NCBI GenBank assembly: GCA_951406725.2
Contig: OX597818.1
Span: 130,510,001 to 130,574,000, forward strand
Length of the DNA stretch: 64,000 nt
Direction of reading: 5' to 3'
Source: Octopus vulgaris
Lineage: Eukaryota
The position numbers were made by a program, and so were the translations under genes. Below the pieces are notes generated by a model. That model searched no databases and had not been told where the DNA came from. It was given only the letters and a program-made list of their open reading frames with translations. Below are positions 43,013 to 56,419 of the stretch, one piece after another (the first letter of the stretch is position 1; every line of letters starts with the position of its first letter).

Positions 43013-43411
43013 CTAGCAGTATCGCCCGGCGTTGCTCGGGTTTGTAAGGGAAATAACTATATAAGCATTTTTAGAGAGTTATAGCCAAAAAATAGCAAAA
43101 AAATGCATTAAAAATGGAAAAAAAATTATGGTAAATTTTTTTTTAAATCGTAGACTCATCGTAGACATTTTTAGAGAGTTACTTCCCTTATATTATAGCG
43201 AAAAATGCATTAAAATGGAATAAAAAATGATGGTAAATTTTTTTTTAAATCGTAGACTCATCGTAGACACGCGCTAATACCCAGAAGGGCTTGATATGAA
43301 TCACGACTATAAGATACCCGCTTTTGGTTAAACTGCACCGCAAAATGTGGGAGTAGTTAGGAATCTAAATCGTAGGAGACAGACGCACAACTTCTCTTTT
43401 ATATATAAAGA
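43013..43411 (-). mobile_element. Non-autonomous Helitron (second copy)
   Basis: Same termini, hairpin and length as 3203-3601; high identity. Confidence 0.92.
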
Positions 43412-43416
43412 TATAT

Positions 43417-44230
43417 CATCATCATCATCATCATCATTTAATGTCCGTTGCCCATGCTGGCATGGGTTGGATGGTGTGACCAGAGCTGGCAAGCTGGGGA
43501 GCTACACCAGACCCCACTCTGATTTGGTATTGTTTCCTAACACCAACAAATTTACAGAGTGTACTGAGTGCTTTTGCATGGCACCATATGGGTTCTTTTG
43601 CATGGCACCATATGGGTTCTTTTGCATGGCACCATATGGGTGCTTTTGCATGGCACCGTATGGGTGCTTTTTATGTGGTACCACATGGGCGCTTTTAGGT
43701 GTCACCACACAGGATCTTTTATGTGTCACTGCATGGGTGCTTTTACATGGCACCACACAGGGGCTTTTATGTGACACCACCATGAGCGCTTTACACCCAC
43801 CAGAAAAATCAGTCTTAACACATCTGCTGAAAAATATATATCTTCTTGAGTATGACATGGTGCCAGGTATCCTGGTCCTTTGTCATCTTGCCTGAAAGGT
43901 TCAGCTTCCTAAGGTTATTTTTCAGTACTTAATCCCATGTCTTCTTGGGTCTCCCACATCCTCATGTTCCATCTACTTTGAAAGATCAGCATATTTTTAT
44001 GGAGCTGTTGGTATCCATCTACACCACATGACCAAACTGGTGCAGTCTTCTCTCTTGCATGCAGCAAACAATTCCTTTCATGCCTAACTTCTCTCTCAGA
44101 ACACTGGAACTCTGTTGAACATGTGCCCTTATGTTACACACCCAGTGGAGTATACTAGCTTCATTCTTTTCTAACCTTTGCATGTCCTCTGCATTCAGGG
44201 CCAACATCTCACTACTATGTAGAATTGCTG

Positions 44231-44232
<2 letters not shown>
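43417..44232 (-). mobile_element. RTE LINE fragment with 24-bp tandem array in 3' UTR
   Basis: TAILHSSEMLALNAEDMQRLEKNEASILHWVC..ERRLHQFGHVV; cttttgcatggcaccatatgggt at 43571, 43595, 43619, 43643. Confidence 0.87.
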
Positions 44233-44294
<62 letters not shown>

Positions 44295-45890
44295 CACACA
44301 CACATATACATACACATTTACATAGACACATAGATAGGCACACAAACACACACACACACACACATTCATACTAATATGCATACATATCAGATTTCAGATG
44401 GTTGAAAAATGAATTTGTACAGCTTTCATTGAAATCATTTGGGCATCAACAATAGGGCTGATTTTCAATAAAATGGTAGAACTGTACATTGTTCAGTGGA
44501 ATCAGAGTGGAATTATATCAATAGTCTTGTTATTCCTGTTATTATTCATAGTTATGTTCTTTTTACCATAATGTTGTTAGAATTTTGCAATCACCAACAT
44601 CTCACTAATAAACACTTTTTCATTGCGTGTGTGCATGTGTGTGCATGTGCACGTGTGAGTATGTGTGTGTGTATGTATGTATTTATGTATGTGTGTGTGT
44701 ATATAGATACACACATACACACACATAACAATAGCAACAACACACACAATCACAAACTTTGCCTGGTTTTAGTGGTGATAACTAAAATGCATTTTTGAAA
44801 CCGAAATACACACACACATGCATACATATGCACACACACACACACACACACACATACACACTCATTTTATATGATTGACATGTGTGTGTATGTGTGTGTG
44901 TGCCTGCATGTCTATGTGATTGTGTGCGTAAATGCATACGTGCATAAGTACGCATACAAATACACACATTTATAAGTATACATATGTTTTCTTTATAATA
45001 ATATGAACGCAGAAAGAAAAATCCTCAGGAAGAAAAGTTAAGTGGAAAAGAGATGAAAAAGAGACAGAAAAGAGAAAAGCTGAATTGAGAGAGAGGGAGA
45101 GAGAGAGAGAGAGAGGGGGGAGAGATAGAGAAAGATGGCAGAGGTGGAGAAAAAGAAAATAAACAAATAGTATTTTATAGACAAAAAGAAATGTCAAGTG
45201 ACTAAAATACTTACTTAGTTGAGCAGTAAATCTATTGTTGAATGTTTGATAGAATTATTGCTTATTTCTCCCTCAATAACTATTCAATTGATTCATTAAA
45301 CCAGAATCAATATGAAAAGTACACAAAAAAAAAATATATTATAAAATAAAATAAATTGTTAAAAAGAAACAATGACTAAACAAAAACAATGTAAAAACAC
45401 ACCCCCAAAAATAAAAATATTAAAATTACAGAATTAAATTTTTTTTTCTTTTTCTGTCTATTATTCTTTCAGAATTTTTTTGTTTTTGTTAGGATTATTT
45501 TTTTTTTTCACAATATTTGTTTCAAAATATAATTTAATTGAAAAATGTTCATCTATATATTTTATGGTCAATTGGCTCTGGCAATTATTGGTTTTTCACT
45601 GCTTCCGGTAAAGGTTGTGAAAATTGATGAAAAATTTTTATCTTTTTACTTTTTTTTTGTTTTTTTTTTACTTGTTTACATGGGAGAAACAAAATGAGAT
45701 TTTGTGATGTTCATACATATATCTCAAGCAGCTCTGTTTGAAATTACACTGCCTAAGCTGACCAGGAGCTTATATTTTATGCACTTCTAGTCCCCCAAAT
45801 CCCAAATGGGCATTACTGAAACTAGTGTCCTTGTTTAGCCCCCAGATCGGTCCTGTTCCAGCAGGCCTTATATGCAAACATGTTCCTGAC

Positions 45891-46170
45891 ATTCTGGCTC
45901 AGGAACAAAATTCACTTAGCGGGTGCAAACCCAGGTCCAAAATCTTTTACAAACAAGGTCTTATTATTTTTTATTTTTTATTTTTATTTATTTTTTCTCT
46001 TTGTTCTTCGAGAAGGAACTTAACTTCAAACTACGTTTTACAAATCACTTTTTATGCACTGTTTTCTAAACAAGAGAAAAGTAAGCAGGTGTGCAAAATT
46101 TGATTTTGCACCCAAGAAAAAAATATTAGGTGTTCTTGCACCCCTTGCATCCCTTGTTCCTGGGCCTATG
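45891..46170. mobile_element. Possible old MITE (hAT-like ends)
   Basis: ggctcaggaacaa..gggtgca at left versus tgcaccc..ttgttcctgggcc at right; TSD not resolved. Confidence 0.4.
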
Positions 46171-46449
46171 TCCAGGCATGATCATACTTGTGAGTCTGTG
46201 TATTTATGACTACTTTGTCCAATGTGGTTTTCTCCTGATTTGAGGGAGATTTAGTGACTATTTCTAGCAGAGGTAGAGACCACATAAGTGGGTCCCTCAT
46301 AGGTCTGGTAAGGTTTGATAAGATGACTATTACTGAAAAATGGCTACCTTTTAGATTTCTTGTTATGTGTATGCGATTGTTAATCATTAACTGTCTGTCA
46401 TATATGTAGGTGAATGTATGTATGCATGTATATATATATATATATACAT

Positions 46450-46527
46450 GGTCACTTTCGAGTGCTACTGGTAACATGTAACCCAGTACAACCTGTTGCA
46501 TGGTCGGGTTGTCGGCGACTAAACCGG
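46450..46527 (+). ncRNA. Candidate HDV-like ribozyme at the 5' end of a retroelement fragment (46450-46600)
   Basis: Order P1..P2(ccagt)-P3/L3(acaacctgt)-P1'(tgcatggtc)-GG-P4(ttg tcgg cga)-CTAA-P2'(accgg); several mismatches. Confidence 0.4.
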
Positions 46528-46609
46528 CAACCCCACCAAGCTTGCTTGGTGAGGAGGGTGTTTATTGGACACCTTGTGGGATGAAAAGCAAAACATGTCT
46601 GTGCCAATA

Positions 46610-47415
46610 GTTAAAATTCAAAAATTCAACAGACCATTGACTACAATCCCAGAAAGTCAATGAAGTCAATTGGGAAAAGATCTCCATGTATCAGAAGGAA
46701 CAGTTAGAAATGTTGTCCATAAAGACATCAAATATAAGTCTTATATGATGAGCAAAGGTCAATTTGTCAGAAAAAGCAAAGGAGAATTACTACCTCAGAT
46801 CTAAAAGGGTCTTAAACAAACTGAAAAATCCAGAAGAGGATTTGATTTGGTTTTTCTCAAACGAACAAAACTTCAACCAAAATCAAAAAGTTAACCAAAA
46901 AAATTACAGACGGTTATGTGCAAACCTTTCTGAAGTTCCAAGTGTTATGTACATAAAATTTACTGCAACACTCATGGTTTTAGGGTTTGTCAGCAATGAA
47001 GGTCATGCGATATCCCCTTACTTCATTCCACGAGGCCTTTGAGTTAACTCTGCCATCCACATTGAGGTCCTGGAAATAATTGTTAAGCCCTGGACAGACA
47101 GTGTATGCTATGGAAGGCCATATGTATTTCAGTAAGACTCTGCACTATCACACATGGCTCTAGTGACACAGGAATGGATAGCTGTAAATTTTCATGATCA
47201 CATAAGTCCTAACATTTGGCCTCCCTAATTCCCTAGATCTCAGTTCATTGGACTGTTACATGGGGAGCGTTGTTGAAGCTGAAGATGGGTTTATATTGAA
47301 TAACATAATAGAAAAGAAGATATATTTTTACCCCCGTAGCATTCTTTGATAGATAAAGTTATTATCTGTCATTATATATCTCTTTCTTTTTCATAAATAT
47401 ATCTTATGCACCCTA
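46610..47415 (+). pseudogene. Tc1/mariner-superfamily DD37D (maT) transposase remnant
   Basis: HTH (NPRKSMKSI..LHVSEGTVRNVVH), IWFFSNEQNF, MVLGFVS, VFQ*DSALSH..WPP.NSLDLSSLD with 37 residues between the second and third D; ends caccctata. Confidence 0.85.
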
Positions 47416-47538
47416 TATATATATATACACACACACATATATATATACATATACACATATATGTATATATATACACACATATGTATATATTATATATATA
47501 TACATACATACATGCATACATACATGCATACATATATG

Positions 47539-47569
<31 letters not shown>

Positions 47570-47590
47570 CACATACATACATACATACAA

Positions 47591-47630
<40 letters not shown>

Positions 47631-49070
47631 GAGAGGGAAACCACTATGTTGATGCCCTTATGCTAGAAGTAGATCCACTATGGTCTTACCGCTAATTAAA
47701 TTAATATCAAATTTCTCACCCTCATTTTAAATTTAAATTTATATATATATATATATATATATATGGATTGAACATTCTATATATCATGGATTAAATATTC
47801 TATTCATTCTTAAACTTATTTTTGAGTACTTTTTACTAATTGGCTGGACATAGCTTCTTGTAATTGGCTGGACATAGCTCCAATGATGATGATGATGATG
47901 CTGTTACACACACACACACACACATACACACATAAACACATACAAAATCACTGCATAGTTTCTATGTACAAAACTCACTGGTAAGGCATCAGATAACTCA
48001 GGAGTCATAGTAGAAAACACTTGCCCAAACACACACACACACACTATACAATGAAACTGAAAGCATATGGTTATGTGACTGAGAATCCAACCTCTTAACT
48101 ATAACAACCAAGCTTGAGCCTTCCTTCAATTTCATTTTGCATTTAGCCGGTTTAAAAACTCCTTTGTGACCATATTTCTAATAAAACACAAGAACTGTCT
48201 GTATTTTAATGAATTGTGAAAAGAACCAGGAATATGGAGAGATTTAGTAAAAATAACTAACTTGTTCATTATTCAGTTGGTGTTTGGAAAGTAATTTAAT
48301 AAACGTTGTGATGGAAGGTTTTAATTTAAATATGAACACTTCAAAATGGACAGTTTCCATACCATGCAACTAGAGGTGGTCTCAGATGGATAGGCAGAAT
48401 TAAAAAGAGTTAATCATTGTTTTTTTTTTTTCCTTCTCTCCATGTATAAAAGTCTTCATTATGCTTCAGACAAAAGATTCAATGCAATATTGTATCATTT
48501 TTTGGACATTTTAAAATGTTTTTACAATTATTTTATTTAGTTGGTTTATTGAAATTGTTGACACTCTCCTAACTTACAAAGTGTCTTTTTTTATTTGGTG
48601 GCATAAAAAATTTCATTGAAATTGTTTTTTTTACTCCATGAAAATTAACTATTTCAAATCACGTGTTACTATTCTAAACAAAAAGGCAGGACACAATGGA
48701 TTAATATAATCCTAGATACACTATGTTGAAATAAAGATATGATGGTCATATCCGAAGTGTCTTTGATCTAAAGGTTTGCATCATTTGGGCTGATCGTAGA
48801 TTAAAAAAATATAGGAAACTATGATGTCATACACAACTGGTTCTACGGTAGATGGCACAACCTGGCAGGCTGAATTCTGGTATTCTTACAGGTATGATTT
48901 TTTAAAATAATTTTTGCAAAAGGAAATGGTAAGTATGTAGAAATAAAGTGTTTATTACAAAATAAAATCCACAGAGAAGAAATCAAACAGTATCAAATTT
49001 TCTAGAATAAGAGCATGCAAGTAGATCGTTTGTGTGTGAGTGTGTGAGTGTGACTGTGCATGTGTGTGTA

Positions 49071-49106
<36 letters not shown>

Positions 49107-49163
49107 GCAGATAGACAGAGCACATTTACATTACTGACAATGATTTCAACACAATTTTATTAT

Positions 49164-49519
49164 AAACAAGAGCACTCAGAGAGTGCAGACCTCTGCCAAG
49201 GCAACACCAACGTCTTCTCAACGATTAGTCAGAGATGATTTTTAAAATGAGAATATCTGAAATAAACTTGATTGCTCTCACAAACAAGAATACTAAAAAT
49301 GAACCCAACTGCTCTCAAATATTAAGTAAAAAAAACAGGAAAAATAATTTGGAATCCTTGTCCAAGAGTGAATCGATCTCAGAATCTAATCAGTTTGTTC
49401 CAGTCATGAGGCCAAACATCCAAATCCATCCAGTGGTTCTTGAGATATTTAGTCCACGGACAAACAAACAAATGTGACTGAAAGCAATATCTCTGCCTTC
49501 ATTAAGACAAAGGTAATAA
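49164..49519 (+). mobile_element. Helentron/DINE-like non-autonomous element
   Basis: aacaagagcactcagagagtgcagacctctgccaag start; gacaaacaaacaaa tract; subterminal ctctgcc repeated near a decayed 3' palindrome ending aggtaataa. Confidence 0.55.
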
Positions 49520-49599
49520 ACACTGAGTGGAGGTCGGATGGGTGAGAGAAGATCAGAAAGGTGTTGTTGATCATGTATAAATGTAACTAAATCTCCCCA

Positions 49600-51500
49600 A
49601 ATAGATTAAAGAAAATGGACAAAGAAACCACATAAGGCCTCCATTGGTCATTGGTGACCACTGCATCTGCACATGTGTAAGTCTGAGCAAGCACTTTTTT
49701 TGAGGAAGGCTGGCAGTTGCCTATGCATTCGAATTGACCCTCTCTGCACGACAGAAGTTTATCAAAGACATCTTGAATGATACTCAAACAGTTCAGCTGT
49801 TCCAGCCACCCCAAATTGATATGCTACATTTTATCAATTCTGTTTTCCAGCCATCCAGTCCCTGAGGATGTGGGTACCGAATTTCTAGGCCCTGATAACA
49901 TGGTCAAAATATTCCTTGTCTGATCATTTAGCTCTGTTCCTATCTCCCCCAGGACTGAATTATTCTTTCAACAGGTCACCCAACTAAGCTGCAGTGCTTG
50001 CTTGTAACATATCATCTTAAACAACCTCAGGTGCTTGGTGTCAACTACACTAAAGATCCTTGGTTCACACTCAAACAAAATATTACTTGCTAGACCAGAG
50101 TTTATGGAAGTTTCTGCACAATACTTTTGTTGAGGGCACAGTCTGCATCATGTTGTATTAAACACACTCAGTGCAGAGGCACATGGCTCTGTGGTTAAGG
50201 TGTTGGACTCATGATTGTAAGATTGTGGTTTCATCTCCTGGAATGCCCCAGTCCACTTAGCTGGCAAAAATGAGTTATCCTGCAATGGACTGGTGTCCCA
50301 TCCAGGTGGAGAATATCCATGTTACAAAACTGGGAAAGTGGTCCCTATGAGTTGACATGACCAGAGAAGGTAACTTTGCCTTACCTCTAAATATTCTCAG
50401 TGGCCTAAAGTCAGCTGCTCTAAAGGGCCATGCTTCACACCCTGACAAAACACTTAACCCTTTTGTTACCAACCCACATGAGACTACCCCTAGTTCTAGG
50501 ACACAAACATCTTGTTTTAAAGTGATCTAAATTCAAATCATCAATCAAAACTTCATGCTAATTAAAGTTCCAAGTACAGTAACCTCCCAGGTAATTATGC
50601 ACCCATTTATGTATGCATCCCAGATAAGTATGTGCAAAATCTTCAAGAATCTTAGGTTCAAGTTTACCAATGATTTATTCTACAGCAACACTTTCCCTTC
50701 CCTTTGCCTGACACCATGGAGAAAACTGAGAGGAAAGATGACAAATGTGATCTAAAACCGTGCGCAAACATGAGCCTTGCTGTGATTGGTTGCATGCATA
50801 CATTCGTGCAACTGATTTGCTGCTGCTGTTGCTATGTACACACCTACGAGCTAAGGACGCAAAAGTAGCTAAGTTCAAGTTGCCTACTTCAGAGGGAGAT
50901 TGCTGTACCAGCATAATTATGACAAACTTATTTTACTAAATTCTTAATTATAAGGTTGTCCCAAAAGTTCGTAGAAAGTCTTGGAAAATAATGGTCTTTA
51001 TTTTGAGGAATAATTTTTGTTGTTTTTGTTAGTACTTGGCGAGTAAAAATTCAATTTTCGCAAGTGTTTAAGAACTTTTGGGACAACCTAATATTTTAAA
51101 AATTAATTAAAGCAAAGGTATATTTCAGCAGAAATATAATAATGAAAGGACCAGATCAGAGATTTTAGATGTGTAATGCCTTTGCTGTGTAATTCCTGAG
51201 GGCGCAGTCTGCAAGCCACACATCGTCTTGAACAACCATAGTTCTTTGGCATCAACTACACACAGAATGCATGCTTCATGTCCATATGAAATGCTACTTA
51301 TCACACCTGGGTTCACAGAGTTTCAGGTGAATGTTCTTGCTGATGGCATAGTCTGCATCCTGTCATTTGAACACCCACAGTTGCTTGGTGTCTGTTACTC
51401 TAAAAGCCCACACTTCATGCTAATATAGAACTCTAATGGATCCAAGGAGCTATGGTTTGATACTTTGCTGGGGGCTCAGTCACTCCCTCTAATAACTTGA
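49600..51500 (-). mobile_element. Old RTE-like LINE debris with nested SINE and MITEs
   Basis: SNILFECEPRIFSVVDTKHLRLFKMICYKQAL (~50000-50100) and SSISYGHEACILCVVDAKELWLFKTMC (~51200-51310) resemble the RTE 'LLYGCETW..D..RL..F..C' segment. Confidence 0.5.
50951..51091. mobile_element. 141-bp mariner-type MITE
   Basis: TA|t(a/t)aggttgtcccaaaagttc ... gaacttttgggacaacctaa|TA. Confidence 0.9.
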
Positions 51501-52004
51501 TCATTACCCATGGTCAATAAACAACCACACACACAAACACACACCAAGTATACATTGTTACACCACAATCTTGTGTTCTGTAGTTGTTTGTCTGATTCCT
51601 TTGAAAGTTTTGGTCAGAAAATGTAACTCGAGTTCTTAAGGTTAACAGTTGAATGGTTTCTCTCAATATTCTATCTGTTTAAAATAAAGTAGTCTGTTGG
51701 AAACACTCCAAAATCATTTCTAATTATAATATTTTTTATTTCTTTGAAAGATAAATATTTTCTTTTCATATTATTTTTTCACAATGATTGAAATAATATA
51801 TTTTTTTTTTTTTTACTTCTATATTCAGCAATTCTATTTTTAATTTTTTTTATTTGGTCATGTGGTTTCTTTCTCTTTTATTCAGCTGTCAGAGACTGAT
51901 GTATACACATAGATAAATATACAAACACAATCATATATACACACACATATATATATATATATATAGATAGATACTTAAATGCATATACATCTTTATATAT
52001 GTAA

Positions 52005-52038
<34 letters not shown>

Positions 52039-52106
52039 GCATACACATATATATGTATACATATACATATATATATATGCACACTTATTTGTATGTGTGC
52101 ATAGAA

Positions 52107-52169
<63 letters not shown>

Positions 52170-52543
52170 TGCATACACACACACACACCTATATGCATAC
52201 TTAGAAGAATTTATATATGCATAGAAATTTACATAAATACATACATACATACATACATACATACATACATACATACATACATACATACACACATACATAC
52301 ACACACATACATATGTCTGGCCACGTGGAAATATTACCAGGCTTGGAGACAGATAAGAACTGGTGATAGGGAGGGCATCTGGTCAGAGAAAATTTGCCTC
52401 AGTAAACTCAATTTGACACAAGCAAGCCTGAAGAAGTGGATGTTAAAAACTATGATGATGATATATATATATATATAATTGTATGTATGTATGTATGTAT
52501 GTATGTATGTATGTATGTATGTATGTATGTATGTATGTGTGTA

Positions 52544-52574
<31 letters not shown>

Positions 52575-52720
52575 ATGTAGGTATGTAGTATGTATATATG
52601 TATGTATGCATGAATGGATGGATGGATGGATGGCTGAATTTATACACACACACACATATATAGATATATATATATAGAAAGACAGGGAGAGAGAGCTTTG
52701 TATGCATATGTGGGTACATA

Positions 52721-52758
<38 letters not shown>

Positions 52759-52920
52759 TGATGTATATATATATATTTTACATACATATATTTTACATAT
52801 ATATACATTCATAAATGCACACACATATATGCATACATTTATATTTACATACATACACATACATACATACATACATACATACATACATACATACATAAAT
52901 ATACATACATACATACATAC

Positions 52921-52951
<31 letters not shown>

Positions 52952-53435
52952 CATACATACATACATACATACATACATAAATATACACACATATATAAAT
53001 AAATATATCTGTAACTATATGTGTGTGTGTGGTGTGTTTCTACGTACAAACATATATATACATATATGTATATATACATACACACATGTGCACATACATA
53101 TGCATACACGCATATACATATATATAAGAAGCAAAGCTAAGAAGCAATTACCCTATGCTAAGAAGAGAAAAACACCAAATACTCCACAGAGACAATAATC
53201 AATTGTTTCAAACAATGGGGTCTTATCAGCCATGCACAACAATTACTCTAAAGCTATGACAGATCTCACAGTTTGAATGACCTGCAAACTGACCTACTGA
53301 AATATTTGCCTCTAAATTAGTAGGGAATAATTGCCAGAGTGGAATCAAAACAAATCTCATGAGGAAAATTCCATGGCAGTACCAAACATGTTATTATAAT
53401 ACAAAATCGCATTGATTTTAATAATTCTTATTCAC

Positions 53436-53574
53436 CTCTGAGTGATATTTTCACAGAGTACCAGCTGCAAACTATGTGATTCTGAAGTCAGGAGTGACTG
53501 GCTTCCCGGAGCACATATACTGGTGAGTAGGTGCAAAGAAATAATCCTCTTTTGTGCAGAAGTGGGCGGATCGG
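53436..53574. other. Candidate exon, strand unresolved
   Basis: Unique, higher-GC island; long polypyrimidine tract plus CAG acceptor on minus at 53575; alternatively plus-strand tttcacAG..tg|GTGAGT 66-nt exon 53457-53522; no protein recognised. Confidence 0.3.
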
Positions 53575-53717
53575 CTGTGTCAAATCAAAAAGAGAAAGAA
53601 AATACAAAAGAAAGTTTTACCTAAAGGTATATCTTGTCTTTAAAGTCATTCACATTTACACACACATGCACACACTCACATGTGCATATGTATATTATAT
53701 GTATTTATGTATGTGTG

Positions 53718-53765
<48 letters not shown>

Positions 53766-53836
53766 CACACATTCACATAAACATGTATATATGTGCAATA
53801 TATGTATATTATATGTATTTATGTATGTGTGTATGT

Positions 53837-53874
<38 letters not shown>

Positions 53875-54309
53875 GAACTCACATTCACATAAACATGTAT
53901 ATATGTGCATATATATTCACACATGTGTGCATGTATATGTACATATACATATATATATGTATATACACATACATATATACATTATGTATGTGTGTATATA
54001 TATATATATATAGTTATATACACACATAGACATCATCATTGTTTAACGTCCGTTTTCTATTAAACGATGATGTGTATGTGTGTTTATAACTATATGTATA
54101 CACACACATACATAATGTATATATGTATGTGTATGTATATATATATATGTATATAACACACTCTCATATATATGTTTATCTACAAATATGTGTATACATA
54201 TATGAGGGTGTGTGTGTGTGCATGATAGATAGATAGATAGACAAGCCAACATACAGATTGATAGATATAAAGATAGATATTTAGGCAGGTAGGAAGGTAG
54301 GTAGTTTGA

Positions 54310-54341
<32 letters not shown>

Positions 54342-54401
54342 TAGATAGATTGATTGATTGTTGACAGACAGACAGACAGACAAATAGATAGACAGATAGA
54401 C

Positions 54402-54434
<33 letters not shown>

Positions 54435-54481
54435 TGTTTCTTTATTAGCCACACAGGGCTGCACACAGACAGATAGACATT

Positions 54482-54515
<34 letters not shown>

Positions 54516-55183
54516 TGTTTCTTTATTAGCCACACAGGGCTGCACACAGACAGGACAAATTACAAGGTAGAGCTTTTCTTTTGGGGGTAAAAAAAAGGGG
54601 GTTTGGTTTTCGATCAAAAGGGGTCGTAAAGGGAAAGAAAGAGGACAAAAAAGGGGGGAATCATCATCATCACCATTTAGCGTCCGCTTTCCATGCTAGC
54701 ATGGGTTGGATGGTTCAACTGGGGTCTGTGAAGTCAGAAGGCTGCATCAGTCGCAGTCCGATCTGGCAGTGTTTCTACGGAATAAAATAATAATAAAAAA
54801 GGGGGAAGGAGGGAAAGGAAAAAAAATTGATCAATAGGGATCGTTATCACAGAAATGTTGATAGATAGATAGATGGATAGATAGATAGATAGATAAATAG
54901 TCAGACCGATAGATAGATAGATAGATAGATAGATGTGATGGAATTCAACTCAAAATTCATACAGATCACTTCTGACACTTGGTAAAAAGTACCTTCAGAG
55001 TAAATATACAGGCCAGCTGAATGCTGTGAGATGGACAGGTGCCTGAGAGCAACAAGAGTGCAACAGCAGCTGCAGTACATGTCAGGTGGTGCTGTCCTTT
55101 AAAAATATGACATGTTGCCCCGACATTGTGTGGAAATTACCATTCAAAAATAAACAGCAGGATGAGGAGGCATGCAGTGTTCT

Positions 55184-55356
55184 TTACTCTTTTCTTTTAC
55201 TCTTTTACTTGTTTCAGTCATTTGACTGCGGCCATGCTGGAGCACCGCCTTTAGTCGAGCAAATCGACCCCGGGACTTATTCTTTGTTAAACACACCAGC
55301 ATCGGTTGTCAAGCAATGCTAGAGAGACAAACACAGACAAACATATACACACACAT

Positions 55357-55397
<41 letters not shown>

Positions 55398-56405
55398 CAT
55401 ACGTCAGGCTTCTTTCAGTTTCCGTCTACCAAATCCATTCACAAGGCTTTGGTCGGCCCGAGGCTATAGCAGAAGACACTTGCCCAAGATGCCACGCAGT
55501 TGGACTGAACCTGGAACCATGTGGTTGGTTAGCAAGCTACTTACCACACAGCCACTCCTGCGCCTATTGGTTCTGTTGGTTTTTCTGAATATGTGGTCGC
55601 CAGAATTTGAAAGGGTTGAAAATAGTGCAGAGAGCTATTATAGCCTTTCTCTTAGGATCCTTTATTTAAAAGTTTTGGGAAAAGAATGGCATAGGTGACG
55701 ATGTAGGTGCGTGGTTAAGATGCTTGCTTCTTGACCGTATGGATCTGGGTTCAATCCCACTGTATACCTTCTTTGGCAAGTGTTTTCCACTGTAGCCTCA
55801 GGTTGACTAAATTCTTGTGAATTGGTTAGGCAGATGGGAAATAAAAGAGGTCCATTATGTTTGTCATTATTCAGTTTTATTTCAAGATTTCTTGCCAATA
55901 GAGAAAGAGACAGTTTCTAACCTAGATCCAAGCCTCCTTCATTGGATTTTCAGCAGCACCAACATGGTATTTTTGTATGTATGTATTTTTTTATTTTTAT
56001 TTTTTATTTTACTTGTTTCAGTCATTTGTCTGCGGCCATGCTGGAGCACCGCCTTTAGTCGAGCAAATCGACCCCGGGACTTATTCCTTGTAAGCCCAGT
56101 ACTTATTCTATCGGTCTCTTTTTGCCGAACCGCTAAGTGACGGGGACGTAAACACACCAGCATCGGTTGTCAAGCAATACTAGGAGGACAAACACAGACA
56201 CACAAACATACACACATATATATATACATATACATATATACGACAGGCTTCTTTCGGTTTCCGTCTACCAAATCCACTCACAAGGCATTGGTCGGCCCGG
56301 GGCTATAGCAGAAGACACTTGCCCAAGATGCCACGCAGTGGGACTGAACCCGGAACCATGTGGTTGGTTAGCAAGCTACTTACCACACAGCCACTCCTGC
56401 GCCTA
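55184..56405 (-). mobile_element. Two young family A SINEs (55184-55566, 56007-56405) around an older plus-strand fragment
   Basis: Near-identical to 41796-42200. Confidence 0.9.
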
Positions 56406-56419
56406 TGTATACATGCAGA

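Noticed and set aside
43571-43790. CRISPR-like appearance of the 24-bp repeats (also 695-920 and the 184-bp array)
   Set aside because: Units are directly adjacent with no unique spacers, lie inside retroelements, and the DNA is eukaryotic with no cas genes
46610-47415. Fanzor/TnpB-type RNA-guided nuclease linked to the Tc1/mariner remnant
   Set aside because: Only a DD37D transposase is seen; no RuvC or zinc-finger motifs in adjacent frames
48815-48891. Plus-strand exon ending CAG|GTATGA
   Set aside because: Acceptor is preceded by an A-run rather than pyrimidines; unsupported
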